From: Mustelus asterias
Lineage: Eukaryota
Length of the DNA: 64,000 nt
Assembly: GCF_964213995.1 (NCBI RefSeq)
Contig: NW_027590192.1
Coordinates: 682,001 to 746,000 of the forward strand
Direction: 5' to 3'
Made by a program: the position numbers and the translations under genes. Positions 61,540 through 64,000 of this stretch are shown here, piece by piece (within the stretch, counting starts at the first letter, position 1; each line of letters opens with the position of its first letter). The notes below the pieces were generated by a model that had not been told where the DNA came from, searched no databases, and worked only from the letters and a program-made list of their open reading frames with translations.

Positions 61540-63650
61540 ATGGCGACATCACCAGCGTCGCCGGTGGCAGGGCCTTCTCGGCCCACCTATGCGGGCGTGG
61601 CGGCTGCCAGAGCCCCCGCCGCTCCCAAGGCCCTGCCGCCATTCTCTTTAATCACGCGGCAGCTCGGGGTGAAGTGCTACGCCCACCCCGACATGTCTAT
61701 CGAGGCCTGCGTTAAGGCAATGGCTGGGGTTGTCGGCCCCTCAGCCATTGTCGCGGCCTCAAAGATGTACGGCCGGGCCGTATTCTTCCTGAAGGCCGAG
61801 CGGGCGGTTCGCCTCGCCCTGGAAAAGGGGCTCACGGTGGGCGGGACGTTCCTGGCGGTGGACCCTTTGGAGGCCACCGCCCACAAGATAGTAATATCGA
61901 ACGTCCCGCCCTTCCTACCGAGTGAGCTCCTCCTCCCCCACCTCCATCTACTGGGGGAGGTCAGGTCCGGGGTGCAGCCGATCCCGCTCGGCCTTCGGGA
62001 CCCCTCCCTCCGCCACATATACTCCTTCCGGCGCCAGGTTTTTGTCCGCCTGGCCCGGGAGGAGGAACTGGAGGGAGGGTTCAATGTCCCCCACGAGGGG
62101 ACCACGTACCGGGTCTTTTGGTCCGCGGACGGTGTGCGGTGCCATGCCTGTAAGGAGGCGGGGCACGTGAGAAAAAACTGCCCCGTCTCCAAGGCCGCCG
62201 ACCACCAACCCAAGGCGGCCGCAGCTGGCACCGCAGCCCCCTCTCCCCCCAAACCAGTACCATCTGCCCCTCCGCGAGGGGAGGCCACGCCGGCAGCAGC
62301 TGCCACCTCAGCTGCCGGCGGGGGGGGGGGAGCGGAGCCCCCGCGCGGCCAAAAGGCCCATAAGGGACCTACAAAAAAGAAGGGGGGTACCGGAACCCCG
62401 GCCCCCAGGGAAAACACCCCAACCACCCCGGCAGCCGGCTCGGGGACCGCCTCAGTCTCCACCTGCGCCCCCCCCCCCACCACCACCACCACCACCACCA
62501 TCTGCCGGGCCCGTGGTCTCTCCGGGGCCTAGTGCTGGGTCCGGCGCCCGGGATCATGGGCCCGAGCATGGGGGGGTAAGCGACCCCGAGCCGGCAAAAC
62601 TGGCGACGCCGCCACCTCGGGGGGAAGTGACGGGAGAGCAGGGGGGGCGCGGCAAGGCGAAGAGGGGCGGAGGGCGAGGGGCCTCGCCTGCCCGAGGGCA
62701 GGTTAACAAAAAGAGGCGGGGCCCCTCGGGCACCGTAGAGTTCGAGGTCTGCGTGCCCCTCCCCCCTTGTGAGTCATCTCCTGCCGTGCCCCCACCTGTC
62801 TTTGTGCCTTGTCCCGCGAAAAAAGGGGGCAAGGCACCCTGTAAATCCAAGCATGTGTTGCCTCAGTCCCCCGGCGAGGAGTCTCCGGGGCCGGGTGGCA
62901 GCGGGACCCCCACGGTTCCGTTCCACCCGGCCGGTTACAACCCGGAGTTCTTCTTCAGTCTGTCGGGGGACTGGGGCGACACTCCAATGTTCATGTCCTC
63001 GTGCGGCGGCGGCGAAGAGACGATCCACTCGTCCTCTCCGTCCCGACCTTGGACGCTGGACATCCCCAACCTCAGTCCGAAGGATACACCGGACCTGGGG
63101 GGTGTCCAAGCGTCTGGGGCGGGGGGGGGCGGCTGGGCCGCCGTCGCACGGGGGCCCGCAATCCGGGAAAGGTGAGCCCGGGGGGAACCCCTCCTCCACG
63201 GATCCTGGGGGTGGGATCGGGGAGGGGCTAGGGCTAGTTGGTGGCTCCGTGCCGCCCGCCGTACGTCCTGCGGCGGGGGACTCGGAGTCGAGGGGCGACC
63301 GCCCTGAGGAGGTCAGCGGCTCGGTGGAGGGCACGGGGACACTTTCAGAGTCTGCCCAGAGCGAGGCGGGGGACTCCCTCGTGCCCCCCACCGAGTCGTC
63401 CCTCATCCCCTCCAAGGACCTCAGGGTCTTTATCCGTAACCATTCCGGTCGCTCCGACATAATCCGGCTAGCCCTCGGCCGCTGGCCGGACCTGGCGCAG
63501 CTCGTCCGGTCCGTGAAGGCATGCTCGCATGCCTCCGCGGGCCTGGAGAAAATAGAGCGGCGCTGGGTACTGCGGTTCCTCCACAGGCTCGAAAAGGTGG
63601 GGGGTGGACTGGTGAGAATTGCGCCAGCGCCCCCCCACACACCTAGTTAA
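61540..63650 (+). CDS. Tx1 ORF1 (gag-like, zinc knuckle), split by frameshifts near C/G homopolymers
   Basis: IVAASKMYGRAVFFL, IVISNVPPF, SFRRQVF, CHACKEAGHVRKNC (CCHC); continues through ORFs 62513-63175 and 62769-63650. Confidence 0.8.
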
Positions 63651-63678
63651 GTGGTGACGGTGGCACAAAGCTGCTGAC

Positions 63679-63996
63679 ATGAAGGTGACCATAGCCAGCT
63701 TCAACATCAACGGCAGCAGTGGGCCACACCGCAGGTTCCAGAACTTCTCGGTCCTCCGTGACGGGAAGTATGCGGTGTGTTTCCTGCAGGAAACCCACAC
63801 CGTTCCGGGAGACGAAGCCCAATGGCTCCTGGAGTGGCGAGGGGGGGTCTACATGAGCCACCTCACGCTCGCTTCTTGCGGGGTGGCTATCTTGTTGGCC
63901 CCGCGTTATAAGCCGGAGATCTTGGGGGTCAAGGAGCCGGTGCCAGGCCGGTTGCTGCACTTGACGGTCCGTGAGGGGGGCGTGGTCATTCACTGA
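63679..63996 (+). CDS. Tx1 ORF2 N-terminus (APE endonuclease), ends at a TGA near the window edge
   Basis: MKVTIASFNING, FLQETH, SCGVAILL, VPGRLL motifs. Confidence 0.88.
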   Translation: MKVTIASFNINGSSGPHRRFQNFSVLRDGKYAVCFLQETHTVPGDEAQWLLEWRGGVYMSHLTLASCGVAILLAPRYKPEILGVKEPVPGRLLHLTVREGGVVIH

Positions 63997-64000
63997 GTGG

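Larger units (their letters stand above)
60745..64000 (+). mobile_element. Tx1-clade (L1 group) non-LTR retrotransposon, 5' portion
   Basis: GC-rich; 5' UTR with 28-bp repeats; ORF1 followed closely by APE-type ORF2. Confidence 0.88.

Noticed and set aside
61051-63993. Long antisense ORFs in the Tx1 element
   Set aside because: Expected from very high GC content; no motifs

Overview
Eukaryotic (cartilaginous fish, shark-type) genomic DNA, most likely part of the T-cell receptor alpha/delta locus. Bases ~4-41 kb carry eight TCR Valpha/Vdelta-type segments. Two have intact leader, V exon and 23-RSS (4115 +, 41254 -), one has an open V frame but an unclear leader (36756 -), three are pseudogenes, and two are leaderless supporting Vdelta segments. 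The centre holds two NAR-TCR cassettes (IgNAR-like V, NAR J, leaderless supporting Vdelta) arranged as a mirror image around ~21050. At that axis lies the most unusual feature: a 61-bp tandem array of 23-spacer recombination signal sequences (2 on +, 5 on -, four of them perfect consensus). Both NAR-like V segments end in a long germline CDR3-like extension followed by a 12-RSS, with no free D visible. A two-exon GPR139/142-like GPCR sits among the V genes. The right end has a C2H2 zinc-finger pseudogene, an intact 14-finger gene with its promoter, and the 5' part of a young Tx1-clade LINE preceded by a tRNA-Val-like sequence. The rest is CR1/L2-type LINE fragments, HE1-type and SacSINE-like SINEs, Penelope-type palindromic repeats with hammerhead motifs, tRNA pseudogenes, minisatellites and one 138-N gap. 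All calls were made by eye without database searches, and repeat boundaries are approximate.
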